Origin: a virus
Lineage: Duplodnaviria; Heunggongvirae; Uroviricota; Caudoviricetes
Strand: one strand, 5' to 3'
Length of the DNA stretch: 31,589 nt
Virus record (IMG/VR): IMGVR_UViG_3300045988_127337
Coordinates: 1 to 31,589 of that record
Part shown: positions 14,778 to 24,237 of the stretch, one piece after another
Numbering within the stretch: position 1 is the first letter of the stretch
Layout: each line of letters begins with the position of its first letter
Program-made: the position numbers and the translations under genes
The notes under the pieces: generated by a model
The model's input: only the letters and a program-made list of their open reading frames with translations
The model's database searches: none
Told to the model about the DNA's origin: nothing

Positions 14778-16507
14778 GCCGGAAATCTTACCCCAACGTA
14801 AATGCTGCCAATCAGTATGCCCGTGATGTCGTGCGCGGAAAGATTGTGGCCTGCCAGTTTGTGATTCAGGCCTGCCAGCGCCATCTTGATGACCTGATGG
14901 AGGAAAAAAGTAAGTCGTTTCGTTACCGCTTCGACAAGGACCTGGCTGAACGGGCCGCGAAATTTATTCAGCTGTTGCCGCACACCAAGGGTGAGTGGGC
15001 ATTTAAGAGGATGCCCATCACGCTGGAGCCGTGGCAGCTCTTTGTGATCTGCTGCGCGTTTGGCTGGGTCAATAAAGGCTCCCGGCTGCGCCGCTTCCGT
15101 GAGGTGTATACCGAAATCCCCCGTAAGAACGGCAAATCGGCAATCTCTGCCGGTGTCGCCCTGTATTGTTTTGCCTGTGATAACGAGTTCGGCGCGGAAG
15201 TGTATTCCGGTGCCACGACGGAGAAACAGGCATGGGAAGTCTTTCGTCCGGCAAGACTGATGTGTAAACGCACACCCATGCTGACGGAAGCGTTCGGGAT
15301 TGAGGTTAACGCCTCAAACATGAACCGTCCGGAGGATGGTGCGCGTTTTGAACCGCTGATCGGTAACCCCGGTGATGGTTCATCACCCCACTGTGCGGTG
15401 GTGGATGAATATCACGAGCACGCCACAGATGCGCTTTACACCACGATGCTTACCGGGATGGGGGCGCGACGTCAGCCACTGATGTGGGCTATCACTACCG
15501 CCGGGTATAACATTGAGGGGCCGTGCTACGACAAGCGACGGGAAGTTATCGAGATGCTCAACGGTTCGGTACCCAACGATGAACTGTTCGGGATCATCTA
15601 TACCGTTGACGAAGGTGACGACTGGACCAACCCGCAGGTGCTGGAAAAAGCCAATCCAAATATTGGCGTGTCGGTTTATCGCGAATTTTTGTTAAGTCAG
15701 CAGCAGCGTGCGAAAAATAACGCCCGTCTGGCAAACGTCTTTAAAACAAAACACCTCAATATCTGGGTGTCGGCGCGTTCGGCGTATTTCAACTTGGTGA
15801 GCTGGCAGAGCTGCGAGGATAAATCACTGACTCTTGAGCAGTTCGAGGGGCAGCCGTGCATTCTGGCCTTTGACCTGGCGCGTAAGCTGGATATGAACAG
15901 CATGGCGCGACTTTATACCCGCGAGATTGACGGTAAAACGCATTACTACAGTGTGGCCCCGCGTTTCTGGGTACCGTATGACACGGTGTACAGCGTCGAG
16001 AAAAATGAAGATCGCCGGACAGCCGAACGCTTTCAGAAATGGGTGGAAATGGGCGTTCTGACCGTTACCGATGGTGCAGAGGTGGATTATCGCTACATCC
16101 TCGAAGAGGCCAAAGCGGCGAACAAAATCAGCCCGGTCAGTGAGTCACCCATCGACCCTTTCGGAGCGACCGGGCTGTCACATGACCTTGCTGATGAAGA
16201 CCTGAATCCCGTTACTATCGTCCAGAACTTCGCCAATATGTCCGACCCGATGAAAGAGCTGGAGGCAGCGATTGAATCGGGACGCTTTCATCATGACGGC
16301 AATCCCATCATGACCTGGTGTATCGGCAATGTGGTCGGCAAAAACATGCCAGGTAACGATGATTTAGTGAAGCCCGTCAAAGAGCAGGCGGAAAACAAAA
16401 TCGATGGTGCAGTTGCGCTGATTATGGCGGTTGGCAGAGCCATGCTGTACGAGAAAGAAGACACGCTGTCTGACCACATTGAGTCCTATGGGATCCGCTC
16501 GCTTTAA
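14774..16507 (+). CDS. Terminase large subunit
   Basis: 577 aa in the canonical position between the small subunit and portal. Walker-A-like segment IPRKNGKS and acidic nuclease-domain motifs. Confidence 0.85.
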
Positions 16508-16518
16508 CTGAGGTAATT

Positions 16519-16701
16519 ATGATCATGCTGATTCTCGCGCCTCTGGTGGGCGTGCTGGGGGCGCTTTTGCTGGCGTATGGTGCCTGGCTGATTTATCCCC
16601 CGGCGGGGTTTGTTGTTGCCGGGGCGTTGTGCCTGTTCTGGTCGTGGCTGGTGGCGCGATATCTCGACCGTACACAGTCGTCTGTCGGCGGAGGTAAATA
16701 G
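16519..16701 (+). CDS. Small membrane protein, 60 aa
   Basis: Two predicted transmembrane helices. TGAGGT ribosome-binding site. Stop overlaps the portal start. Confidence 0.5.
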
Positions 16702-17942
16702 TGTTCTTTTCTGGATTATTTCAACGAAAAAGTGACGCACCGGTGACCACGCCAGCAGAGCTGGCGGATGCTATCGGGTTGTCCTACGACACCTATACCG
16801 GAAAGCAGATCAGCAGCCAGCGGGCCATGCGACTGACGGCGGTTTTTTCCTGTGTCAGGGTGCTGGCGGAGTCGGTCGGGATGTTGCCCTGCAACCTGTA
16901 TCACCTGAACGGCAGCCTGAAGCAGAGAGCCACTGGCGAACGTCTGCATAAGCTGATCTCCACGCATCCCAATGGCTATATGACGCCGCAGGAGTTCTGG
17001 GAGCTGGTGGTCACCTGTCTGTGCCTGCGGGGAAACTTTTACGCCTACAAAGTGAAAGCATTTGGCGAAGTGGCTGAACTGCTGCCCGTCGATCCCGGCT
17101 GTGTGGTACCGAAGCTTAACAGTAGCTGGGAGCCGGTCTATCAGGTCACATTCCCGGATGGCTCCACGGATGTACTGAGCCAGGAGGATATCTGGCATGT
17201 GCGCACGCTGACGCTGGACGGACTGGTGGGGCTGAATCCCGTCGCCTATGCCCGCGAGGCAATATCGCTGGCGGCAGCGACCGAAGAGCACGGGGCCAGA
17301 CTGTTCAGCAATGGCGCGGTGACGTCGGGTGTGTTGCGTACAGAGCAGACGCTGTCAGATCAGGCTTATGAGCGCCTGAAGAAAGATTTTGAGGAGCGTC
17401 ACACCGGGCTTGGCAATGCTCACCGCCCGATGATCCTTGAGATGGGGCTGGACTGGAAGTCGATGGCGCTGAACGCCGAGGACAGCCAGTTCCTGGAAAC
17501 CCGCAAGTTTCAGCTTGAAGAAATCTGTCGTCTGTTCCGGGTGCCGTTGCACATGGTGCAGAACACCGATCGCGCCACCTTCAACAATATCGAAGAGCTG
17601 GGGCTGGGATTTATCAATTATTCACTGGTGCCGTATCTGACCCGCATCGAACAGCGGATCAACACCGGACTGGTACGAAAAAGTAAGCAGGGCGTTTATT
17701 ACGCCAAATTTAACGCCGGGGCGTTACTGCGCGGGGATATGAAGTCCCGTTTTGAAGCCTACGCCACCGGGATCAACTGGGGAATTTACTCTCCCAATGA
17801 CTGCCGCGACCTGGAAGATATGAATCCGCGTCCCGGTGGTGATGTCTATCTCACACCGATGAACATGACCACGAAACCCTCCGATGGCAGTAAAGCCGGT
17901 AAGCAGAAGGATAACGCCAATGCAGACGAAACAACGTCTTGA
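16701..17942 (+). CDS. Portal protein (HK97 family)
   Basis: 413 aa between terminase and prohead protease. GTG start with GGAGG 7 nt upstream. Confidence 0.8.
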   Translation: MFFSGLFQRKSDAPVTTPAELADAIGLSYDTYTGKQISSQRAMRLTAVFSCVRVLAESVGMLPCNLYHLNGSLKQRATGERLHKLISTHPNGYMTPQEFWELVVTCLCLRGNFYAYKVKAFGEVAELLPVDPGCVVPKLNSSWEPVYQVTFPDGSTDVLSQEDIWHVRTLTLDGLVGLNPVAYAREAISLAAATEEHGARLFSNGAVTSGVLRTEQTLSDQAYERLKKDFEERHTGLGNAHRPMILEMGLDWKSMALNAEDSQFLETRKFQLEEICRLFRVPLHMVQNTDRATFNNIEELGLGFINYSLVPYLTRIEQRINTGLVRKSKQGVYYAKFNAGALLRGDMKSRFEAYATGINWGIYSPNDCRDLEDMNPRPGGDVYLTPMNMTTKPSDGSKAGKQKDNANADETTS

Positions 17943-18570
17943 TGTACCGCTGAGTCTGAAATCTGTCAGTGACTCCGGTGAGTTTGAAGGGTATGGCTCC
18001 GTCTTTGGTGTAAAGGACAGCCACGATGATGTGGTGATGTCCGGGGCATTTGCTGCGTCCCTGCGGGCGTGGAGTGACAGAAAAGCGTTACCTGCGCTGC
18101 TCTGGCAGCACCGCATGGATGAGCCCATCGGTGTTTACACCGAAATGAAGGAAGACGATGTCGGGCTTTACGTCAGGGGGCGGTTGCTCATTGATGATGA
18201 TCCTCTGGCAAAACGCGCACACGCACACATGAAGGCCGGTTCGTTAACCGGCCTTTCTATTGGGTACGTCCTGAAGGACTGGGAATACGACCGGACGAAA
18301 GAAGCCTTTCTGCTGAAAGAAATCGACCTCTGGGAAGTCAGCCTGGTGACGTTCCCGTCTAACGACGAGGCGCGGATCAGCGACGTCAAGAACGCGCTGG
18401 CCCGCGGGGAAATCCCCGAACAGAAAAAAATCGAAAGAGTCCTGCGTGATGTCGGACTCTCCCGTACCCAGGCCAAAGCATTCATGGCCGGGGGCTATAG
18501 CGCACTGTCCCTGCGCGACGCTGAGGATGTGGGCTCTGCACTGAATGCACTGAAAAATCTGAACTTCTAA
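17920..18570 (+). CDS. Prohead maturation protease (HK97 family)
   Basis: ATG at 17920 with GAAGGA upstream. N-terminal FEGYGSVFGVKDSHDDVVMSGAF is characteristic of this family. Confidence 0.8.
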   Translation: MQTKQRLDVPLSLKSVSDSGEFEGYGSVFGVKDSHDDVVMSGAFAASLRAWSDRKALPALLWQHRMDEPIGVYTEMKEDDVGLYVRGRLLIDDDPLAKRAHAHMKAGSLTGLSIGYVLKDWEYDRTKEAFLLKEIDLWEVSLVTFPSNDEARISDVKNALARGEIPEQKKIERVLRDVGLSRTQAKAFMAGGYSALSLRDAEDVGSALNALKNLNF

Positions 18571-18584
18571 TCAGGAGAAATACG

Positions 18585-19790
18585 ATGGCGGTAGATATTA
18601 AAGATGTCGAACAGGTCGCGCAGGAGCTGCAGCAGAAGTTTGACGACTTCAAAGCAAAGAACGACAAGCGCGTGGATGCGATTGAGCAGGAAAAAGGCAA
18701 GCTTGCCGGGCAGGTGGAAACCCTGAACGGGAAACTCAGCGAGCTGGAAAATCTCAAAAGCGATCTTGAAAAAGAGCTGCTTGAGCTGAAACGTCCGGCA
18801 GGTGGCGCGCAAAATAAACTGGCCACCGAGCATAAAGAAGCGTTTGTGGGCTTTTTGCGTAAAGGCCGTGAAGATGGTCTGCGCGATCTGGAGCGTAAGG
18901 CATTGCAGGTGGGCACCGATGAAGACGGTGGCTATGCCGTGCCGGAAGCACTGGATCGCAACATTCTCACCCTGCTGAAAGATGAAGTGGTGATGCGCCA
19001 GGAAGCCACGGTAATCACTGTTGGCGGTTCCGACTACAAAAAACTGGTGAATCTGGGCGGCACGGATTCCGGATGGGTTGGCGAGACTGACGCGCGCTCC
19101 CAGACCGCCACCTCAAAACTGGGACTGATTGAACCTTTCATGGGGGAAATCTACGGTAACCCGCAGGCCACCCAGAAAATGCTGGATGATGCCTTCTTCA
19201 ACGTAGAGGCCTGGATCAACAGCGAGCTGGCAACCGAATTTGCCGAACAGGAAGAAATTGCCTTTACCACTGGTGATGGCACCAAGAAGCCGAAAGGGTT
19301 CCTGGCGTATGAGTCCACGGATGAAACCGATAAGGTACGTGCGTTCGGCAAACTTCAGCATATTGTATCCGGTGAAGCGACGGCAGTGACCGCTGATGCC
19401 ATTATCAAACTGATTTACACGCTGCGTAAGGCACATCGCACCGGTGCGAAGTTCATGATGAACAACAACAGCCTGTTTGCCATTCGTCTGCTGAAAGACA
19501 CCGAGGGTAACTATCTGTGGCGTCCGGGGCTGGAACTGGGGCAGCCGTCCTCTCTGGCGGGTTACGGTATCGCTGAAAACGAGCAGATGCCGGATATCGC
19601 CGCGGATGCGAAAGCCATTGCATTTGGTAACTTCAAACGGGGTTACACCATCGTTGACCGTATCGGTACCCGCATTTTGCGCGATCCGTACACCAATAAA
19701 CCGTTTGTCGGTTTTTATACCACCAAGCGCACCGGCGGCATGCTGGTCGATTCGCAGGCCATCAAACTGCTGAAGATTGCTGCGGCGTAA
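18585..19790 (+). CDS. Major capsid protein (HK97 fold) with N-terminal coiled-coil delta/scaffold domain
   Basis: 401 aa; the first ~100 aa are Glu/Lys/Leu-rich coiled coil, followed by the capsid domain. Position after the protease. Confidence 0.85.
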   Translation: MAVDIKDVEQVAQELQQKFDDFKAKNDKRVDAIEQEKGKLAGQVETLNGKLSELENLKSDLEKELLELKRPAGGAQNKLATEHKEAFVGFLRKGREDGLRDLERKALQVGTDEDGGYAVPEALDRNILTLLKDEVVMRQEATVITVGGSDYKKLVNLGGTDSGWVGETDARSQTATSKLGLIEPFMGEIYGNPQATQKMLDDAFFNVEAWINSELATEFAEQEEIAFTTGDGTKKPKGFLAYESTDETDKVRAFGKLQHIVSGEATAVTADAIIKLIYTLRKAHRTGAKFMMNNNSLFAIRLLKDTEGNYLWRPGLELGQPSSLAGYGIAENEQMPDIAADAKAIAFGNFKRGYTIVDRIGTRILRDPYTNKPFVGFYTTKRTGGMLVDSQAIKLLKIAAA

Positions 19791-19796
19791 TCACTC

Positions 19797-19825
19797 AGGG
19801 GCGCTGAACTGCGCCCCTGTTCTGA
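19797..19825 (+). terminator. Stem-loop downstream of the capsid gene (possible attenuator)
   Basis: aggggcgc-tgaact-gcgcccct followed by gttctga. The U-tract is weak. Confidence 0.35.
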
Positions 19826-19838
19826 TGGGTGAAGAATC

Positions 19839-20039
19839 ATGATCCTGAAACAAGATCTGAAATGGTCACCGGACGGTATGCGTGTTGAGGTCATTCGGGC
19901 CGGTGAGTATGACGACGGGGCGCTTCCTGCCCGGGTGCAGGAGATTGCACTTCAGGCCGGGTTAGCAGAGCGCGGAACCAGTGCAAAAAGAAGTAAAGCG
20001 GCAAAAGAGAAAAAAGCCACGACCAGTAAAGAGGGCTGA
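19839..20039 (+). CDS. Hypothetical small protein, 66 aa
   Basis: Intact ORF filling the gap between the capsid and connector genes. Weak ribosome-binding site. Confidence 0.4.
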   Translation: MILKQDLKWSPDGMRVEVIRAGEYDDGALPARVQEIALQAGLAERGTSAKRSKAAKEKKATTSKEG

Positions 20040-20041
20040 GT

Positions 20042-20365
20042 ATGCTTCTGACAATGGAAGAGATTAAAGCCCAACTCCGGCTGGATGAGGATTTCGATGC
20101 TGATGACCGCCATCTGCAACTGCTGGCCTGTGCGGCGCAAAAGCGGACGGAAACGTATCTGAACCGGAAGCTCTATGCACCGGATGAAACCATTCCGGAC
20201 AGCGATCCGGACGGGCTGCACCTGCCGGATGATATTCGTCTGGGGATGCTGATGCTTATCAGCCATTTTTACGAAAACCGCTCGTCGGTTACGGAAGTGG
20301 AGAAACTCGACATGCCGCAGAGTTTTGGCTGGCTTGTCGGCCCGTATAGGTACTTTCCGCAATGA
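20042..20365 (+). CDS. Head-tail connector protein (gp6-like)
   Basis: 107 aa; N-terminus MEEIKAQLRLDEDFDADD is typical of this family. Confidence 0.7.
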   Translation: MLLTMEEIKAQLRLDEDFDADDRHLQLLACAAQKRTETYLNRKLYAPDETIPDSDPDGLHLPDDIRLGMLMLISHFYENRSSVTEVEKLDMPQSFGWLVGPYRYFPQ

Positions 20366-20772
20366 AAATTCGTCAGGCGCAGACCAGCGCAACCTACATT
20401 CTGCCGGACCCCGGTGAACTGAATAAACGCGTCCTGATCCGCCAGCGGGTGGATATGCCCGCGGATAACTTTGGCGTGGAGCCTCAATACCCGGTTACGT
20501 TCCGGACATGGGCGAAGGTTATCCAGACCAGTGCCACCACCTGGCAGGAAACCGCGCAGACTGGAGACGCCATCACCCATTACATCACCATTCGCTACCG
20601 CCGGGGGATCACCGCTGATTATGAGGTGGTCTGTGATGACAGTGTGTACCGGGTGAAACGTCAGCGCGATCTGAACGGGGCGCGGCGCTTTCTGCTGCTG
20701 GAGTGTACGGAACTGGGCGAATTTACGCAGAGTCACGGAGGCAGCAATGGCGACTCCCTTTTTTCACGTTGA
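20362..20772 (+). CDS. Head closure or head-tail adaptor protein
   Basis: 136 aa; position and size within the head-completion gene set. Confidence 0.6.
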   Translation: MKIRQAQTSATYILPDPGELNKRVLIRQRVDMPADNFGVEPQYPVTFRTWAKVIQTSATTWQETAQTGDAITHYITIRYRRGITADYEVVCDDSVYRVKRQRDLNGARRFLLLECTELGEFTQSHGGSNGDSLFSR

Positions 20773-21253
20773 TGTTCAGCAGCCCGCGGAGATGCGCTTT
20801 AACCGCGCCCGTGTCCGGCGGGCGTTTGTCACGATTGGGCAGCGTCATATGCGTGATGCCCGTCGGCTGGTGATGCGCCGTGCGCGGTCGGCACCGGGTG
20901 AAAACCCCGGTTATCAGACCGGACGCCTGGCTCGTTCGATTGGTTACATGGTGCCGAGAGCCAGTAAAAAGCGAGCCGGTTTTATGACACGCATTGCCCC
21001 TAACCAGCGCAACGGGAAGGGGAACCGGATGATCTCTGGTGACTTCTATCCGGCGTTTCTGTTTTTTGGTGTCCGGGGAGGAGCAAAACGTCGTCGTAGT
21101 CATCATCGTGGTGCATCCGGTGGCAGCGGCTGGCGGCTGGCTCCACGTAATAACTTTATGGTGGAAACTCTTGAAAAGAACCGCAGCTGGACACGCTATT
21201 TTCTGGCGCGGGAATTACGTAAATCACTGAAGCCGGAGCGACGACGCAGATGA
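20747..21253 (+). CDS. HK97 gp10-like neck or tail-completion protein
   Basis: 168 aa, basic. Position between the head-completion and tail genes. Confidence 0.5.
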   Translation: MATPFFHVDVQQPAEMRFNRARVRRAFVTIGQRHMRDARRLVMRRARSAPGENPGYQTGRLARSIGYMVPRASKKRAGFMTRIAPNQRNGKGNRMISGDFYPAFLFFGVRGGAKRRRSHHRGASGGSGWRLAPRNNFMVETLEKNRSWTRYFLARELRKSLKPERRRR

Positions 21254-21810
21254 AACTGACGCCTGTTATTGCTGCGCTGCGTGCCCGCTGCCCGTATTTT
21301 GAAAACCGGGTGGCAGGCGCGGCACAGTTCAAAAATCTGCCGGAGGTCGGAAAGCTGAGACTCCCGGCGGCATATGTTGTACCGGGTGATGATTCTCCGG
21401 GAGAAAACAAAAGCCAGACCGACTACTGGCAGGAGCTGAAAGAGGGCTTCTCCGTGGTTGTCATACTGAGTAACGGGCGTGATGAGCGCGGTCAGTTTGC
21501 CTCGTATGATGTGGTGGACGATGTCCGGCAAATGCTCTTTAAGGCCCTGCTGGGCTGGAACCCGGAAGCGTGCGGTAACCCGATTACCTATGACGGCGGC
21601 ACGCTGCTGGATCTGAATCGTCATGAGCTGATTTATCAGTTCGATTTTTCGGTCATCAGCGAGCTGACCGAAGACGATACCCGCCAGCAGGATGACCTGA
21701 ACAGTCTGGATGAACTGCGAACGCTGGCGATTGATGTTGATTATCTCGATCCCGGTAACGGGCCTGACGGCGATATCGAACATCACACCGAAATAACCCT
21801 TCCTACCTGA
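21250..21810 (+). CDS. Tail terminator or neck protein (Mu gpK-like position)
   Basis: 186 aa, immediately upstream of the tail sheath module. ATGA start/stop overlap with the previous gene. Confidence 0.5.
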   Translation: MKLTPVIAALRARCPYFENRVAGAAQFKNLPEVGKLRLPAAYVVPGDDSPGENKSQTDYWQELKEGFSVVVILSNGRDERGQFASYDVVDDVRQMLFKALLGWNPEACGNPITYDGGTLLDLNRHELIYQFDFSVISELTEDDTRQQDDLNSLDELRTLAIDVDYLDPGNGPDGDIEHHTEITLPT

Positions 21811-21818
21811 GAATCTTC

Positions 21819-21989
21819 ATGTTTGTGAAACCTGTTAAAGGGCGGTCAGTTCCTGACCCTGCCCGCGGCGACCTTTTGCCCGCCGAAGGGCGAAATGTTG
21901 ACGAGAACAACTACTGGCTGCGCCGTGAAGCAGCGGGTGATATCCGGCGCGTGAATAAAAAGGTGAATACCGATGACGATAAGCTTTAA
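21819..21989 (+). CDS. Small conserved phage protein, 56 aa (DUF2635-like); absent from the supplied ORF track
   Basis: ATG at 21819; MFVKPVKGRSVPDPARGDLLPAEGRNVDENNYWLRREAAGDIRRVNKKVNTDDDKL. Fills the gap before the sheath gene and overlaps its start by 17 nt. Confidence 0.45.
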   Translation: MFVKPVKGRSVPDPARGDLLPAEGRNVDENNYWLRREAAGDIRRVNKKVNTDDDKL

Positions 21990-23469
21990 CACCATTCCGT
22001 CGAATACGCTGGTTCCGTTGTTTTATGCGGAAATGGATAACCAGGCGGCGAATACTGCACAGGACAGCGGAGCATCGCTGCTGATTGGTCATGCCAATAA
22101 CGGTGCAGAGATTGTTGCCAACAGTCTGGTACTGATGCCGTCGGCAGACTATGCACGCCAGATTTGTGGTGCGGGAAGTCAGCTGGCGCGTATGGTCGAG
22201 GCTTATCGCCAGACTGACCCGTTTGGCGAGCTGTATGTGATTGCCGTTCCTGAATCCACAGGCGCGGCGGCAACAGTTACGCTGACGGTGACCGGGGCAG
22301 CAACCGAAACCGGCACGGTGAATGTTTATGTGGGACGTACCCGCGTGCAGGCACCGGTGACCAACGGCGATAACGTCGCGACGATTGCCAGCAGTATCAA
22401 AGATGCCATCAATGCCGTTCCGGCCCTGCCGTTTACGGCCTCATCTTCGGCTGGTGTGGTTACATTGACAGCTCGCCATAAGGGGCTTTGCGGGAATGAA
22501 ATTCCTGTCAGCCTCAATTACTACGGCTTCGGTGGGGGCGAAGTGCTGCCAGCGGGCGTACAGATTGCCGTGGCGACGGGGACCGCCGGAACGGGCGCTC
22601 CGGTTCTCACCGGCGCGGTGGCTGCAATGGCGGATGAGCCGTTTGATTATATCGGTCTGCCGTTCAACGACACGGCCTCTGTTAACACGCTGGTGACCGA
22701 GATGAGCGATACCAGCGGTCGCTGGAGCTATGCGCGTCAGCTGTATGGTCATGTGTATACGGCAAAGGCCGGCACACTGTCAGAACTGGTGAACGCAGGT
22801 GACCAGTTTAACCAGCAGCACATCACCCTGGCGGGGTACGAAAAAGAGACCCAGACGCCTGCCGACGAGCTGGCAGCCAGCCGTACCGCCCGCGCAGCGG
22901 TGTTTATCCGTAACGATCCGGCACGTCCCACGCAGACCGGTGAGATGGTGGGTATGCTGCCTGCGCCGAAGGGGAAACGGTTCACGATGACCGAACAACA
23001 GACCCTGCTGTCTCATGGCGTGGCAACGGCGTATGTCGAAAGCGGGGTACTGCGCATTCAGCGTGATGTCACCACGTACAGGAAAAACGCTTACGGGGTT
23101 GCGGATAACAGCTACCTCGACAGTGAGACACTGCATACCAGCGCGTATGTACTGCGCAAACTGAAATCCGTCATTACCAGTAAGTACGGGCGTCACAAGC
23201 TTGCCAGTGACGGTACCCGCTTTGGTCCCGGTCAGGCGATTGTCACCCCGGCGGTGATCAAAGGGGAACTGCTGGCAACCTACCGTCAGCTTGAGCGTGC
23301 GGGGATCGTGGAAAACTACGAACTGTTTAAGCAGTACCTGGTTGTGGAGCGTGATGCCAGCGATCCGAACCGCCTGAACACGCTGTTCCCGCCTGACTAT
23401 GTTAACCAGTTGCGTGTCTTTGCCGTGGTTAACCAGTTCCGTCTTCAGTATTCAGAGGAGTCTGCATAA
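21973..23469 (+). CDS. Tail sheath protein (Mu gpL-like)
   Basis: 498 aa, directly followed by a tube-sized gene; contractile-tail gene order. Confidence 0.85.
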   Translation: MTISFNTIPSNTLVPLFYAEMDNQAANTAQDSGASLLIGHANNGAEIVANSLVLMPSADYARQICGAGSQLARMVEAYRQTDPFGELYVIAVPESTGAAATVTLTVTGAATETGTVNVYVGRTRVQAPVTNGDNVATIASSIKDAINAVPALPFTASSSAGVVTLTARHKGLCGNEIPVSLNYYGFGGGEVLPAGVQIAVATGTAGTGAPVLTGAVAAMADEPFDYIGLPFNDTASVNTLVTEMSDTSGRWSYARQLYGHVYTAKAGTLSELVNAGDQFNQQHITLAGYEKETQTPADELAASRTARAAVFIRNDPARPTQTGEMVGMLPAPKGKRFTMTEQQTLLSHGVATAYVESGVLRIQRDVTTYRKNAYGVADNSYLDSETLHTSAYVLRKLKSVITSKYGRHKLASDGTRFGPGQAIVTPAVIKGELLATYRQLERAGIVENYELFKQYLVVERDASDPNRLNTLFPPDYVNQLRVFAVVNQFRLQYSEESA

Positions 23470-23825
23470 TGGCCCGTATCGGGGGAACCTGTTATTTCAA
23501 AATTGACGGTCAGCAGCTATCGCTGACCGGCGGCATTGAGGTGCCCATGAACAGGACGGTCAATGATGACATCATCGGCCTGGACGGTTCAGTGGACCGC
23601 AAGGAAACTCACCGTGCGCCCTATGTCAAAGGGACCTTCAAGGTGCCGAAGAATTTTCCGGTGAGCAAAATCACCTCGTCTGATGAGATGACCATCACTG
23701 CCGAGCTGGCGAACGGTCAGGTCTATGTACTGTCGTCTGCCTGGCTGCACGGCGAAGCGAACCATAATGCCGAAGAAGGCACGGTTGATCTTGAGTTCCA
23801 CGGTGAAGAAGGGGATTACCAGTGA
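23469..23825 (+). CDS. Tail tube protein (Mu gpM-like)
   Basis: 118 aa immediately after the sheath gene (TAATG overlap). Confidence 0.75.
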   Translation: MARIGGTCYFKIDGQQLSLTGGIEVPMNRTVNDDIIGLDGSVDRKETHRAPYVKGTFKVPKNFPVSKITSSDEMTITAELANGQVYVLSSAWLHGEANHNAEEGTVDLEFHGEEGDYQ

Positions 23826-24145
23826 TTGAGCTTGTACTTAAAAAACCGATCATCGCCCACAAAGAAACACTGCATGTGCTGGAAATACGTGAGCCTACGT
23901 ATGACGAGATTGAGGCGCTGGGGTTCCCTTTCTCTGTTTCACCTGATGGTGGTATGAAAATGGACAGTCAGGTAGCGCTGAAATATATCCCGCTTCTGGC
24001 CGGGATCCCGCGCTCGTCTGCAGCGCAGATGACGAAGCTGGATATTTTCAAGGCAGGCATGATTGTAATGCGTTTTTTTACCGGCTTGGAGACGGAAGAG
24101 ACCTCCGGAAGCGATTCTACAATGTCGCGTGGTTCTGGAAATTAA
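23822..24145 (+). CDS. Tail assembly chaperone (short form)
   Basis: 107 aa between the tube and tape measure genes. GTG start overlapping the tube stop. Confidence 0.65.
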   Translation: MIELVLKKPIIAHKETLHVLEIREPTYDEIEALGFPFSVSPDGGMKMDSQVALKYIPLLAGIPRSSAAQMTKLDIFKAGMIVMRFFTGLETEETSGSDSTMSRGSGN

Positions 24146-24237
24146 ACCCCCTTGAACTTCGCCGGACGGCTATTTCCCACTTTGCTGATCTGGAGGCAGA
24201 GGCCGTCCGTATAAATGAGGAGATGAAGCATGGCTGA
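24073..24237 (+). CDS. Tail chaperone -1 frameshift extension (long form, C-terminal part)
   Basis: Slippery T TTT TTT at 24073..24079 in the zero frame. The -1 frame is open for 54 codons and stops at TGA 24235..24237, overlapping the tape measure start. Confidence 0.45.
   Translation, partial: FFYRLGDGRDLRKRFYNVAWFWKLNPLELRRTAISHFADLEAEAVRINEEMKHG

Noticed and set aside
14543-14983. Antisense ORFs inside the terminase, portal, sheath and tape measure genes (for example 14543..14983, 16716..17291, 22780..23196, 24733..25158)
   Set aside because: All lie opposite strong, recognisable structural genes and have biased, non-protein-like compositions typical of shadow ORFs in GC-neutral coding DNA.
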